From Octopus sinensis (taxonomy: Eukaryota), in the NCBI RefSeq assembly GCF_006345805.1, contig NC_043019.1, positions 29,449,360 to 29,513,359 of the forward strand: a stretch of 64,000 bases of DNA, read 5' to 3'. Under the pieces are notes generated by a model. The model was given only the letters and a program-made list of their open reading frames with translations. It did no database searches and was not told the DNA's origin. The number at the start of each line of letters is the position of its first letter. Position 1 is the stretch's first letter. This document shows, piece after piece, positions 37,365-49,990 of this stretch. The position numbers and the translations under genes were made by a program.

Positions 37365-37895
37365 GTATGATGATAATGATGATGATGATAATGATGGAAA
37401 TGATGATGATGGAAATGATGATGATGGAAATGATGATGATGATGGAAATGATGATGATGATGGAAATGATGATGACGATTGTGAGAATGATTTATTTTAT
37501 ATAAAATAAAGGAACTGGCTATTTTCATCATCATTCTTCGTCTTCTTCCTCATCATCATTAATCATCATCATTCACTATCATCATTTACCATCATTTATC
37601 ATCATAATTTACCATCATCTTCATTTATTAACATCATCATCATTACCCTCTCATCATCATAACGGTCACCGACAACAATGACGACAATATTGGTGATGAG
37701 AATGATGAGAAGATGACAGTGATGATAATGACAATAATGATGACTACTGATGATAATGATGACGATGATGGCAATATTGATTGATGACATTAATGGTGAT
37801 GACAATATTGGTGTTAAGCATGATGATGATGATGATAAAGATGATGATGATGGTGATGATGATGAAGATGACGACAACGATGATGATGATGATGA
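37365..37895. repeat. Alternating (GAT)n / (CAT)n / (GAT)n degenerate microsatellite
   Basis: GAT-rich 37365-37480, CAT-rich 37525-37660, GAT-rich 37675-37895. Confidence 0.9.
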
Positions 37896-38289
37896 AAGAG
37901 AAATAAATTAGCTGGAAACGGTTCCGTTTCTATTCACTTTGACACGTTTTCATGAATTATTTCTAATTAACTACATTAATACCTCAACAGAGGTTAGAGT
38001 ACATGATTTCTCACAAACGAGACTGTAATTGAAGTCAGTTTGGGAAGCTTTCAACAGTATGTTGGTATTTACAGACGTTTATATACACACACATACACTC
38101 ACATATATACAATTTTAGTTTGCTTTTATGTGAAATTTATTGTCGTTGTTTAGTCTCACATCAGTCCGAATCAAGCAGAACTATGATCAAAGGCATTCCA
38201 ATCATGACCATCCTGTCTTTCATTCAAATATAAATGTATCTAAATGTATCACATTATCCGAAGTGTTTTAATGTTTCAATGTTTTTAGT

Positions 38290-38488
38290 CACTCGCTCAC
38301 TTACTCATGCTCAATGGGGCTAGGGTCATCCTAGGCTAATGGTCTAAAAAGCATCATCATACATAGACTAGACTAGGTCCACCAGTGCCCCACCTGCCAT
38401 TGTTGGTGGTCTCAAGCAAGCCCTTTTACATCCTCCAAGATGATGATGAGCCATTGGAGATCTTCCTAAATCATGCCCAGCCATCTCA
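38290..38488 (-). mobile_element. Very decayed LINE 3' end with (TGAG)n tail
   Basis: Minus strand reads RWLGMI*EDLQWLIIILEDVKGLA*DHQQWQ (RW.D.I..DL...A.DR..W pattern), then TGAGTAAGTGAGCGAGTG. Confidence 0.4.
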
Positions 38489-38857
38489 ATGTTTTTAAGA
38501 TTATTTACTTTGAGAAGGATAGGATTTAGCTGTTATTTCTAACAGGCTGATAAAGCATGTAGAGGATTCCTCTTTGACTTGTGTGAATTTTATCATAACA
38601 CCAAATGTACTACTCCAACAACCTCCTAAAATATCCATCTGTCTCACTTGGCTCAGACACACGAACAAGAAAAATAGAGGTAACTGACTCCCAAACATTC
38701 TCTCGAGATGCACCAATAATCAGTATAGATGAACAGAAATATTGTGCCTAGACGAAGTCCATCTTTCCCCATCTCCACTAAGGCCACCTTCAGAATCTAT
38801 AAGCATATAAGAATAGATTAGACAGTCAAGCGAGTTCAATATGTAGAATGGTTATAG

Positions 38858-39448
38858 GCATAGATATGGTTGTGTGGTTAAGAACTTTGCTTCCTAACAA
38901 CATGGGTTTCAGGTTCAGTCCCGTTGTGTGGCACTTTGAGCAACTGATGTCTCCTACAGCCCCAGCCCAACCTAAGCCTTGTGAGTGGATTTAGTAGAGA
39001 GAAACTGAAAGAAGCTTCTTGAAGAGGAGATAACCACTTTGAAATGCATGCATCTCACAGTCTGCTTAGGGAAGGTTGTGGACTGATTCAGTGTATTTAC
39101 ACCTATTCATCGACAACAAGAAATTTTCTCCATGACAAAATACAGTGAACGGCTTTCTTACAAGTTTGAATATGCCTCAAAGCATATTTCAACTGGTAAG
39201 AAGTTTGTGTAATATATGTGTGCATGTTTGCGTGCATGCAATTGTTTGTGTCTCCTTGTCTTGACACTGCATAATGTTGTAAATGAATGCCATTCACTTC
39301 CAACATTCTGTGAAAACATGTCTGGCTATGGAGAAATAGGCGAGGGTTGGTAACAGGAAGGGCATCCAGTCACAGAAAATTTACCTCAATAAACTCTGTT
39401 CAACCTATGCAGGCATGGAAAAGCAAACATTAAAATGATGATGATGAT
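38858..39448 (+). mobile_element. Family-B SINE with extra internal module
   Basis: Head and tail as in other B copies; the insert at 39060-39150 is shared with 8445-8537. Confidence 0.7.
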
Positions 39449-40402
39449 ATCACACCTTATGACTCATCACGTTGTCAGAATGTGCAGTAAGGTCCTAGGT
39501 TAGACAAAAAAACAAGGTATAAATGAAAATATGAATCATTATGCTGTGCATTATTATTAACCTATAGAGTAGGTCAATCAGAGATGCATTAAGGGCTACA
39601 CAACAACAGCCATCTTGTATTATACACTATTACCTTAAAAAAATGAAGGACACACTGGGTAATGTAATGCAAGAACCCCCAAAAAGTCGGCTAGAATGCT
39701 TTTGAATATATGTTTCCAAAACAGAAACTAACTTGTGTTAAGCAACAACAGCAACCACCTTGAGTCAATAAGGGTATCAAGCATTTAACTGAAGGGTAGA
39801 CAAAATTATCTTATGCTCAAACTATATTCTGGATTTTGATCAGTCCACTATAAATTCATTGGGGTAAATTCATGAGAATATATTACCTGAAATTTCATTG
39901 CCAGATAGAAACATAACAAGCCAAATACCTTGTCAGTAAATTCATTGTTATGCTTTTTTTTTTAAATCCAGAGTGTAAATACATCATTAAACGTTAATTC
40001 AATTTTTCATTCACAGAATAAATGTCATGTTTAGTCAACAATGAGAGTGAAATTCAAAGACAAAACGCTCCATCCTCTAATCTGGAAATTCATAAAAATC
40101 TTGAATAAAAGAACAATCAATGCATGAATAAATAATCAAATGAAAATACCAAATCTCAAAAAGAAATATACAGCCAGTGGAGTAAGAATTCAATGCAATG
40201 GCAATAAGTATCAGAATCACAAAACACTGGATTATTTTAAGAGGCAGAGCTTATATAATTTGAGCATTTTACAATGTTGCCTTCTTTCTTCCAATTTAAA
40301 ATTGTGCAATATATTTTACTGCAATATTTTTTGTGATTCTATTTTTAAAAGTAACATTGGTTTTTTTTTTTTTTCATGTATGTATTTTGAGTAAATTTGA
40401 TA

Positions 40403-40813
40403 CTCTCTCTCTCTTTTACTCTTTTGCTTGTTTCTGTCATTTGACTGTGGCTATGGCTTTAGTCAAGCAAATCGACCCCAGGACTTATTCTTTGTAAGCC
40501 TAGTACTTATTCTATCGGTCTCTTTTGCCGAACCGCTAAGTTACAGGGACGTAAACACACCAGCATCAGTTGTCAAGCGATGTTGGGAGGACAAGCACAG
40601 ACACACAAACATATACACACACGTCCATATATATATGTATACACATATACAACAGGCTTCTTTCAGTTTCCGTCTACCAAATCCACTCACAGGGCTTTGG
40701 TCAGCCCGAGGCTATAGTAGAAGACACTTGCCCAAGGTGCCAAGCAGTGAGACTGAGCCCGGAACCATGTGGTTGGTAAGCAAGCTACTTACTATACAGC
40801 CACTCCTATGCCT
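40403..40813 (-). mobile_element. Family-A SINE
   Basis: Reverse complement of 10994-11388 with a small deletion near the tail. Confidence 0.88.
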
Positions 40814-41036
40814 ATATTGCTATTGATAATTTTTTCCTCATTATAATCATTTAACGTCTGCCTTTGCCTTGCTTGCATGGGTTTGACAGAATTTCGTTGT
40901 GGTGAATTTTCTAGTTGGATGCCCTTCCTGTTGCCAACTCTCACCTGTTTCCAAGCAAGATAATATTCCCCATAACCAGACATGTTTCCATGGAAAATTA
41001 TGAACAAAAAACACTGCTTGCAAAACCAGTGACATT

Positions 41037-41327
41037 GTTGTTTGTTCCTTCTCAAGCCATGCCTGGCTCATAAATTTCCTTAGCATATAGGTACCCCCTT
41101 GGACGGGACGCCGGTCCATTGTAGGTGAGCTGCAAGATGCAGGAGGAAAGAGTGAGAGAAAGTTATGGCGAAAGAGTCAGCAGAAGTTTGACATTACCTT
41201 CTGCCGGAGCCGCGTGGAGCTTAGGTGTTTTTGCTCATAAACACACACATCGCCCGGTCTGAGATTCGAACCCGCAGTCCCTTGACCGCGAGTCCGCTGC
41301 TCTAACCACTAGGCCATGTGCCTCCAC
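41037..41327 (-). mobile_element. Family-D SINE with 12-bp TSD, nested in a family-B SINE (40843-41420)
   Basis: TSD ACCAGTGACATT at 41025-41036 and 41328-41339; highly similar to 31788-32093. Confidence 0.92.
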
Positions 41328-44282
41328 ACCAGTGACATTCATTTACAACTATTATATGGTGTCAAAACAAAAAGACAATAATACACACATGACAGGCTTC
41401 TTTTAATTTCCATCTACCAAATTAGCAATGAAGTAGAACTTATTTACACTGTGAATAAAAACTTTATTCAAAGTTTAGCGATGTATTTACTCTGCAGATA
41501 AAACAGCATGACAAGGAAATTTACTAACAATGCCATTGGCCTGACAATGAATTTACTGATGATGTAACTGGCTTACAGTGTTAATTTCCATACAATGAAA
41601 TTACGAATGATATATTGAGTGCAATGTGATGAACTCTGATAAATTTACCATTGAACTATTTGACATGAAAATGAATTGACCAACAATGTATTGGCTTGTG
41701 ATATAAATACTGAGCAATGAAACTACGAATGACGAATTTACTCTGACAAAATTAGTCACGATGAATTTATTAGACATTGTATGAATTTATCTTTGATCAC
41801 TCGGTTCAAATAGCTGTAAGCAGGTATGATACATTCCATGTAAAGATTGTAAGAGCTGTACATTTGAGCCAACAGAGAAACCGTGATTGGCCATTTGATT
41901 TGCTAGAAATAGCAGCCACATATTTTTTTTATACTCTCTTTAAAAAAAGGACACATTTGATATGGTAATCCTAGGTACACAATATTTCATTAAAAAAAAA
42001 AAGGTAGTCATGGATGGAATGTCTTTGATCATAGATCTAAATGGGTGCTGATACAACAACATATTTTGTTAGCTTGCAATATTGAAATTCAAGTAATTTT
42101 AACACTTTCAGCGCAATATTCTTTTTAGGGGACATAAACCCCTGTGCAGAATATCTTTTAATGTAATCTAATGGATCTATGGAATGTTACCTTTTAACAT
42201 CTGTAGAGCAAATACTTCTCAAAATGTTTTCATTTTCTGTCAAATACAAAAATAGCAAGCTGTTGAATGGTCTATACACAAGGAGATGACCATACTGGAC
42301 TGCTCCAAAGCATGCTGTGAATTGAAAGAGTTAAAGAACTTAAAGGAGGCAACAGGATTACCTAATTCCTTTCTCATGATATCATTGTTTGTCAGCCCTG
42401 ATTGATCAGATGTATGATTGAAGGTAGTCAAAGTTATGCAGTGACATAATATGGATTTTTAGTACCCAGGACAAAGAGGCTTTCAGTACCCCCACCTTAA
42501 TAGGTAGTAAATCAAATGACATTTTGTACCTTTCACACCTTCAACCAGGGCGTTTCCCCAACCCTCTGACCCCCTTGGTATGTTTCTGAGGCCATGACCA
42601 TTATCATTTTCCTTTTCCTCAAGCAGTGTACTTCAAGAAAGAATTATCTGTGCTCTTCTGCTTTCTAAGCTGGTAGGGGTGTGATTTGAGAGAAATTTGG
42701 TTCCCTGATTCTAATTACAGCCTCATAAGCATCCAGTACCGAATGGAAGCCTTACTTAGAGCCCAGCTAAAAAAAATTCCATAATGACAATAATATCATT
42801 ACGTTATGGATTAAATCATCAGACAGATTTCTCTAAATTGCAAATTTTTGCTATTAATTGTTCAGGGAAGCATACAAACAAACAAGCCAACAAACTAAAG
42901 CCAAACATTTCTCCAGTTCTCTTTCGAAGCAATCTTAGCAAGGAAAAAAAAATATAAAAAGACACATAAGACCACATTAAGAAAATTCTTAATTCATCAG
43001 AAGGAATATGAAATTCCTTTTCTCTGCCATTCCTTAATACTCAAAAGACATGCAAATATCATACTTTATATAAAACAAGGCACATAAAGAAAGCTTCATT
43101 GGCTTGCTGTAATCCAATTTGCCCAACAAACTAATCTATCAGAGGAATTTCCCAATAGAAACTTGTTGAAAAGCAGATCTTACATGATAATCTCTCCCCC
43201 TCTGCTTCCTCACAAATGCACATGGAGGCACATACACACACACACACACAAACACACTTTCTCAATCACTCAGTCACTCACAAATTTTGAAGATAAGATT
43301 CCTAAAATATGACTCATGGGGAAAAATAAAAAGCCTGTGTATAAATTCAGGTCATTTTGAAAAACATATCCAAAAATTATGTTCAATAAGGGAAAATAAT
43401 ACTGATAACTGATGATAAAAAAAAAAAAAAAAACTTTTCTAATAAGAAGGGCTTGATAAAAATATAATATATATAGCATTGCTCTAACTCCTTTCTTCAA
43501 AGATTTTTTTTCATGCAATCAATATTCAGAGGGCCTTTATCACACCCACAGTTACTTCCAGTAACATGCAGTAAATTATATCCGGATTTGTTCACTTCTT
43601 GTTCTGTGGAGGCAGGAGTATTATATATATATATGTGTGTGTGTGTGTGTGAGTGTATATGTACATGTATACATACCTATATTGGCACATTTATATATAG
43701 CTGTGTGTGTGTATTAACTTACCTATTTTCCCCTTTAAAGAAATAAAGAAATTAATATGTATTGATATATCATATTGTAGTATTGATGGGAAAAGGATTT
43801 CAGCCTCAATCTCAAGCAGGTTTTTCTTATGCAAGGAATGTTCGTGGATATTATTGACCACAAAACAGCTGGCTGTTGATTGAAAATGAAACCAATATGT
43901 GCAGCAGAAGTGTATGTATGTATGTGTTTGTGTGTGTGTGTCCTTTCTGTAGACACAGATGAAGGTGGGGAGCAAACCCTGAAAAAGGGCATGGAGAATA
44001 TTTCCACAGGAAGGTATCAAGAATTTGAAATTTCTAAAGTGAGTTAAATTTAGATGCAGTAAAGCAGCAGTAGGAAGCAACTAATGTAAATAAATATTTT
44101 GAAAGTTAAGATGTCTTATATCATTTTTTTTTTAGAAAAATTAAGGGGAAGCCTGCCAAAATTCTCTTAGTATCATGATTATTATTATCATTATTATTAT
44201 CATTATTCTCAATGATACACATATGTTAAATACATAATATAAAGATTTTACTATTATTATTATTATTATCAGTAGTAGCACA

Positions 44283-44730
44283 GTGGCAAGCTGGCAGGAT
44301 TGTTAACACATTGGACAAAATACTTAGCAGTATTTTGCCCTTCCTACGTTCTGAGTTCAAATTCCACCAAGCTCAGCTTTGCCTCCCATCCTTTTGGGGT
44401 AAATAAAATAAGTACCAGTTGAACACTGAGGTCAATGTAATCAACTAACCCCCTGCCCCAAAATTGCTGCCATTGTGGCAAAATTTGAAACCAGTAGTAG
44501 TAGTAGTAGTAGTAATTTAACAAGCTGGCAGAATTGTTAACATACTGCACAAAACACTTAGTATTTCTTTCAGCTTTTTTTCTGAGTTCAAATTCTACCA
44601 AAGTCAACTTTGCCTATCATCCCTTTTTGAGGGTCCATAAAATAAGTGCTAGTTGAGCACTGGAGTCGATATAATTGAGTGACCACCTCCACTGAAATTT
44701 CAAGGCCTTGTGCCTATGCTAGAAAGAATT
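44283..44730 (+). mobile_element. Two tandem family-C SINEs
   Basis: CAAGCTGGCAG...TTCTGAGTTCAAATTC...CATCC...AAGT starts at ~44288 and again at ~44521, separated by (TAG)n. Confidence 0.75.
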
Positions 44731-45637
44731 ATCTTTACTTCTGTACCAAGTATTTCTTACTAAAGAACAGGAAAATAAAAAAAGGAAAGATATTTACACA
44801 GTTATTGTACACACCAAGTTTTTCTTCCCTCTTCACTTTTTTTCTTATACCTATTATACAATCAGCTGAATAGAATTCACTTCAGAATACTAATGGGGGG
44901 AGGGGTTGAATAAGAAATAGGTGGGGAGACAAAAAGAGAAAAAAAATAATTGTGCAAAATCTTTTTTTTTTTTTTATTAAATAAGATGTTCATAACTAGC
45001 ATCGTAACATTCCAATAATTTTCTTTGATATTTTTTTGTATGTAATTTTTCTCTATGCTAGTACAAATTGCACGGTTTATGAATCCAGATATCTGTATAA
45101 TTGTCGAAGCAGATGTTTTATAGCTTTCTAGTACGAACCATAAAATGTTTGTAACAGCTATTTTTTTCCCTTCCAAGCAAGAATCACTAAAGCAATTGGA
45201 AATAATTTCTATATAACAAAACAGAGCTTTCTTAGTCTCTGTTTCGATTTCTGTATTTCATTGGGTATAAGATATAGCAGTGTGGTTTAGAGAGTCGTAT
45301 CACAATCACATGGTTTTAGGTTTAGTTTTAATGCACAGCATCTTGGACAACTGTTTTCTACCTGCTGTAGTCTTAAGTTAACTCAGCCAAAGCCAGCCCC
45401 AAACCCACTTGAAAAAGGAAGAGGGATGTGCAAGGGGATAGCAATCCTACTCCATAGTTTTAATACATTGTGAATGGAATTTAGTAGAAGGAAACTATAT
45501 GGAAGCTCACTGCATGCATGTGTCTATTTTATTTTTCTATTTGTTTTGCAAGCTTTTCAATGTAAAATCACATTGAAACAAATATTACAAATATTTGAAG
45601 GTCATTTTTGCCTATAAGAAACACACACACACACACA

Positions 45638-45687
45638 CATTTGCATAATTGATTAATTAGTTAACTAATTAATCAATTATGCAAATG
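45638..45687. repeat. Perfect 50-bp spacerless palindrome
   Basis: CATTTGCATAATTGATTAATTAGTT|AACTAATTAATCAATTATGCAAATG; the 25-bp arms are exact reverse complements. Confidence 0.97.
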
Positions 45688-45706
45688 CAAGCTTGGCCAT
45701 ATAGGT

Positions 45707-46040
45707 ACAGGCGTAGCTATATAGTAAAGCATATGCTTTCCAACTACATGGCTCTGGGTTCAGTCCCACTGTGTGATACTTTGGGCAAGTGTCTTTTATT
45801 GTTGTCATGAGCCAACCAAAGATTTGTGAGTGGATTTGGTAGATGGAAACTGAAAGAAGTATGTTACAAGTGTTGGTTTGTTTATGTTCCCATGATTTAG
45901 CAGTTTAGCAAAAAGAGACCAACGGAAAAAGTACCAGGCTTAAAAAAGTAAGTACTGGGGTCGATTTCTTCAACTAATCAATTCAAGGAGGAGCCCCAGC
46001 ATGGTCACAGTATAATGACTGAAACAAGTAAAAGATAGAG
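45707..46040 (+). mobile_element. Family-A SINE lacking the central microsatellite
   Basis: GGGTTCAGTCCCACTGTG head; GACTGAAACAAGTAAAAGATAGAG tail. Confidence 0.8.
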
Positions 46041-46520
46041 TAACTAATCAATTGTATGATTAACCATTTGATCAATCAACCAATCAATTCGTTTGCCAGA
46101 GTATTTTCACAGCCATTCATGCCTCATCAAATGATGCACCCTCATTACTACAAATCTGATCCATTGTCTCTGTGAAATAGAATGAATCAAGGCATGTGTT
46201 TCGTATTGGTAAAATAACTGTACCAAAATGCAATACAGTATCATTGATATCACCATCGTTTTAATGTCCCCTTTTCCATGCTCACATAGATTGGGTGGAA
46301 TTTACTGAGGCAGATTTTCTACACTTGGATGCCCTTCCTGTCACCAACCCTCACCTGTTTCCAAGTAAAGTAACATTTCTCCATGACCAGACATGTTTCC
46401 ACAGAATATTGAAAACAAAGGACAACATTTACAACAGTGACATTTGTTTACAATTATCACATGATGTCAAGGCAAGGAGATAATAAAACACACACACATA
46501 TATTTATGACAGGTTTCCAT

Positions 46521-46752
46521 AAGGCGGCGAGCTGGCAGAGACGTTAGCACGCTGGACAAAATGCTCAGCGGTATTTCGTCTGCCACTACGTTCTGAGTTC
46601 AAATTTCGCCAAGGTCGACTTTGCCTTTCATCCTTTCGGGGTCGATTAAATAAGTACCAGTTACGCACTGGGGTTGATGTAATCTACTTAATCCGTTTGT
46701 CTCTCCTTGTTTGTCCTCCCTGTGTTTAGCCCCTTGTGGGTAGTATAGAAAT
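46521..46752 (+). mobile_element. Family-C SINE with 10-bp TSD, nested in a minus-strand family-B SINE (46250-46905)
   Basis: TSD AGGTTTCCAT at 46511-46520 and 46753-46762; near-identical to 14673-14903. Confidence 0.92.
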
Positions 46753-47728
46753 AGGTTTCCATGCAATTTCCATCTACCAAATGCATTTACAAGGCTTTGG
46801 TTGTCCTGAAGTTATAAAAGAAGACTCTTGACCAAGATGTCATGTAGTGGGACTGAACCCTGAACTATGTGGTAGGGAAGCTTCTAAGCACACAGCTAAG
46901 CCTGTACGAGTGTGTGTGTGTGTGTGTGCACACATGCAGTCAGTTTTTAGAATAGGTAGACTGTATTCCTGCATATAAACCTGACAAAAGCAGCTGGTAA
47001 CAGGAAGGTTATCAAGCTGTAAAACACTAAGAAAAACATTGCAGCCCACCCATCCCAGCATAGAAATGCAGACGCAATCAAGTAGTGAAACAATTTCAGA
47101 AATAATAATTACAACTTCTAAATAACACCATCCAACATATTTTATGGCTATAAAGACTAGCAAGCTTGCCTGTTATGCTGCACTGGGGAAACATGTACAG
47201 AATTGATTTGCTTTTGGCTGATCTGAAAATGGCAAATGAAGAGACACCCAGAATAATTAGTAAACATAGATCTATGCATATGGTTTGTTAAATGTGATGC
47301 TATGAGTATCCAACAGAATGAAATGTCACCTTTCAGTAAGTAAATTAACATCCCAATGCTGAAGCATGTATTGTGTGGTTAGGATATTTCATACATTTGA
47401 CAAAGTCCAATGCATAGAAATAAATAAATAACATATGATGGATGATATAACAGACGTAATGTAACCCAGAACAGACAACATAAGAAATAATGCATTACAT
47501 ATTTGCTTAATCGGTTGTTGAACAGAATGGTGCAGTAGAAGTGCACAATGCCCATAATCTAGAGGTTCATAGACCAAATCTATGTTCTGTAAAGAAATGA
47601 AAACTATTTTTTACATTTATACATTACAAATGAATTGTCTACAAATATACCAAATACACATATAATACATATGCAGGGGTAGGCACAAATTGTATTATGC
47701 AAAAATTATATTATATAAGAGTTTCTGG

Positions 47729-47762
<34 letters not shown>

Positions 47763-47837
47763 AACGGTAAGATAACAAAAGAAAGAAAGAGACCTCAATA
47801 TTATGTAAATAATAGGAATTTATCTGTAAATATGGCC

Positions 47838-47900
47838 AGATAACCGAAGAGATGGTGGTGTGGATTTCCACCTTGGCATCCGAAACTCAGAGTTTTATCT
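47838..47900 (+). ncRNA. Type-I hammerhead ribozyme motif (U4C variant) in a Penelope-like remnant (47760-47940)
   Basis: Stem I AGATAA/TTATCT; core CCGAAGA; stem II GATG...CATC; GAAA; stem III ACTC-A-GAGT; GUU cleavage triplet. Confidence 0.65.
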
Positions 47901-48232
47901 TGGCTACTGAATAATTGTCACATATTATTTTACAGATATCCCTCTCTCTCTTTCGGAGAGGCACTGAGCAGCTATACACACACATACACACACGGCAGTA
48001 ACTTCCACCTACCGAATTCAATCACAAAGCTCCGGTCGGCTCGGGGCTATAGTGGAAGACACCTATCCAAAGTGCCACACAGTGGGAATGAACCCGAAAC
48101 CATGTAGCTAGGAAGCAAGCTCCCATATATATATATATATATATACATACATATATATATATATACTGGAGTAAGCACATAAATGTGAAACTAGGTGGAA
48201 AAAAGAGTATTCCCATTCATTTGTTATCAAAA

Positions 48233-48270
48233 CGGTCTGACGAACAGGAACATGAAACTCTGAGTAACAG
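48233..48270 (+). ncRNA. Type-I hammerhead ribozyme motif, intact core, eroded stems
   Basis: CGGT-CTGACGA-ACAGGAACAT-GAAA-CTC-T-GAG-TA-ACAG: canonical core, stem III ACTC/GAGT, GUA triplet; stems I and II are imperfect. Confidence 0.55.
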
Positions 48271-48306
48271 CTTTTGTTAGATTTCTGCTACTATTTCTAT
48301 CAGATG

Positions 48307-48699
48307 CAAACATGGCTGTGTGGTAAAAAGTTTGCTTCCCAGCCACATGATTCTAGATTCAATTCCACAGCATGGCAACTTGGAAAAGTGTCTTTGACTA
48401 TAATCATGGGCCAATCATAGCCTTGTGAGAAGATTTAATAGATGGAAACCGAAAGAAACTTGTCATGTGTGTGTGTGTGTGTGTGTGTATTTGTCCCCCA
48501 CCACTACTTGACAACCATTATTGGTTTGTTTATATCCCTGTAACTTAGTAGTTTAGTGAAAAAAAAAAAGACCAATAGAATAAATAAAAGGCTTAAGAAA
48601 AGAAAATTACTGGGATTGATTCATTTGACTAAAATTACTCAAGGCAGGGCCCCAGGATTGCTGCAGTCTAATGACTGAAACAAGTTAAAGATAAAAGAT
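48307..48699 (+). mobile_element. Family-A SINE, decayed
   Basis: ATGGCTGTGTGGTAAAAAGTTTGCTTCCC head; GACTGAAACAAGTTAAAGATAAAAGA tail. Confidence 0.8.
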
Positions 48700-48722
48700 A
48701 TATATATGTGTGCGTGTGTGTG

Positions 48723-48777
<55 letters not shown>

Positions 48778-48858
48778 ATCCAAACATGAAAACACAACAC
48801 GAGGACATGGAACAAATATAGTATTATTGGACGCTCAGGAAGGAAGGAGAGAAGGAGG

Positions 48859-48893
48859 GTTTAATGTTTTGAGCGGAGCTCTTCGTCAGAAAC
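48859..48893 (-). ncRNA. Minimal type-I hammerhead remnant in a Penelope-like fragment (48773-48976)
   Basis: Minus strand GTTT-CTGACGA-A-GAGC-TCC-GCTC-AAAA-CATT-AAAC. Restoring two CpG decays gives GAAACGTT; stem I is GTTT/AAAC. Confidence 0.55.
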
Positions 48894-49574
48894 ACAGGAG
48901 AAGGAAAGATCCAGATAAGGGAAGACAGAGGAAAAAAAAAAATCGCCAACGGTACACATGCGGTCACATTTTGAATATATATATATATCTTGCAGTGGTT
49001 TTTGTGGTCAAGCAATACACACCAAGGTTCAGAGAAATAAGATCACCTGACGTTCCCAGTTCAATCACTACCAAAGATGGCATTTCAAAAAAACAGCAAG
49101 GGGCTACCTAGGAGTCACGACCTAGGTGAGCCTGGCTCTCTTAGAATGTCAGAAACCAATGGGCCAAAGCACTTGCTTAAAGAGAGTATTTTCTCTAAAG
49201 ACCTCTCTTGCTGCCTGTTTCCCCTGTACCAAGTTTCTACTTACTACTGGAAGTGAAATACATTTGGCTACTTCGTAGAAAGATGGTTGACAAATGTTTA
49301 GAACTGAAGGCATTTTGCTGACTCTGAAAAGAATGATAAGGATATGGATAGAGAGCATGACAGTGAAGAGGTCTGCATGTGATAGCGTCAGAGATTCCAA
49401 GACACCATTTGGAGAAAGTGTGTTAAGTTTTGAGGAGAAACATATCAAAATAGCATAAATACTTTAGCAAAGAGGTTTTTCTCTTCCACTTCATTGTATT
49501 GAATCATTTATCTATCTTGAAGAGTTGGTCTTTTTTTTTTTTATTCATCAATTGTAATATGTGGATGTATTTGT

Positions 49575-49832
49575 GTGTGTACATATATATATATATATAT
49601 ATATGTACACACATATATATATATATATGTACACACATATATATATATATATGTACACACATATATAATATATATGTACACACATATATATATATATGTA
49701 CACACATATATATATATATGTACACACATATATATATATATGTACACAATATATATATATATGTACACACATATATATATATATATGTACACACATATAT
49801 ATATATATGTACACATATATATATATATATGT

Positions 49833-49894
<62 letters not shown>

Positions 49895-49897
49895 CGT

Positions 49898-49930
<33 letters not shown>

Positions 49931-49990
49931 CATACACATGTTTATACCTGTGAATATGTAAATATACATACACAAACATATATATATACA
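49575..49990. repeat. (TA)n-TGTACACACA minisatellite (about 22-26-bp unit)
   Basis: Directly visible. Confidence 0.95.

Noticed and set aside
43691-44080. 129-aa and 90-aa minus-strand ORFs and a donor at ~43722
   Set aside because: They cross a microsatellite, show no domain signal and have no convincing acceptor.
48990-49450. Moderately GC-rich unique stretch, possible exon or LINE relic
   Set aside because: I recognised no motif in the listed ORFs or in the frames I read.
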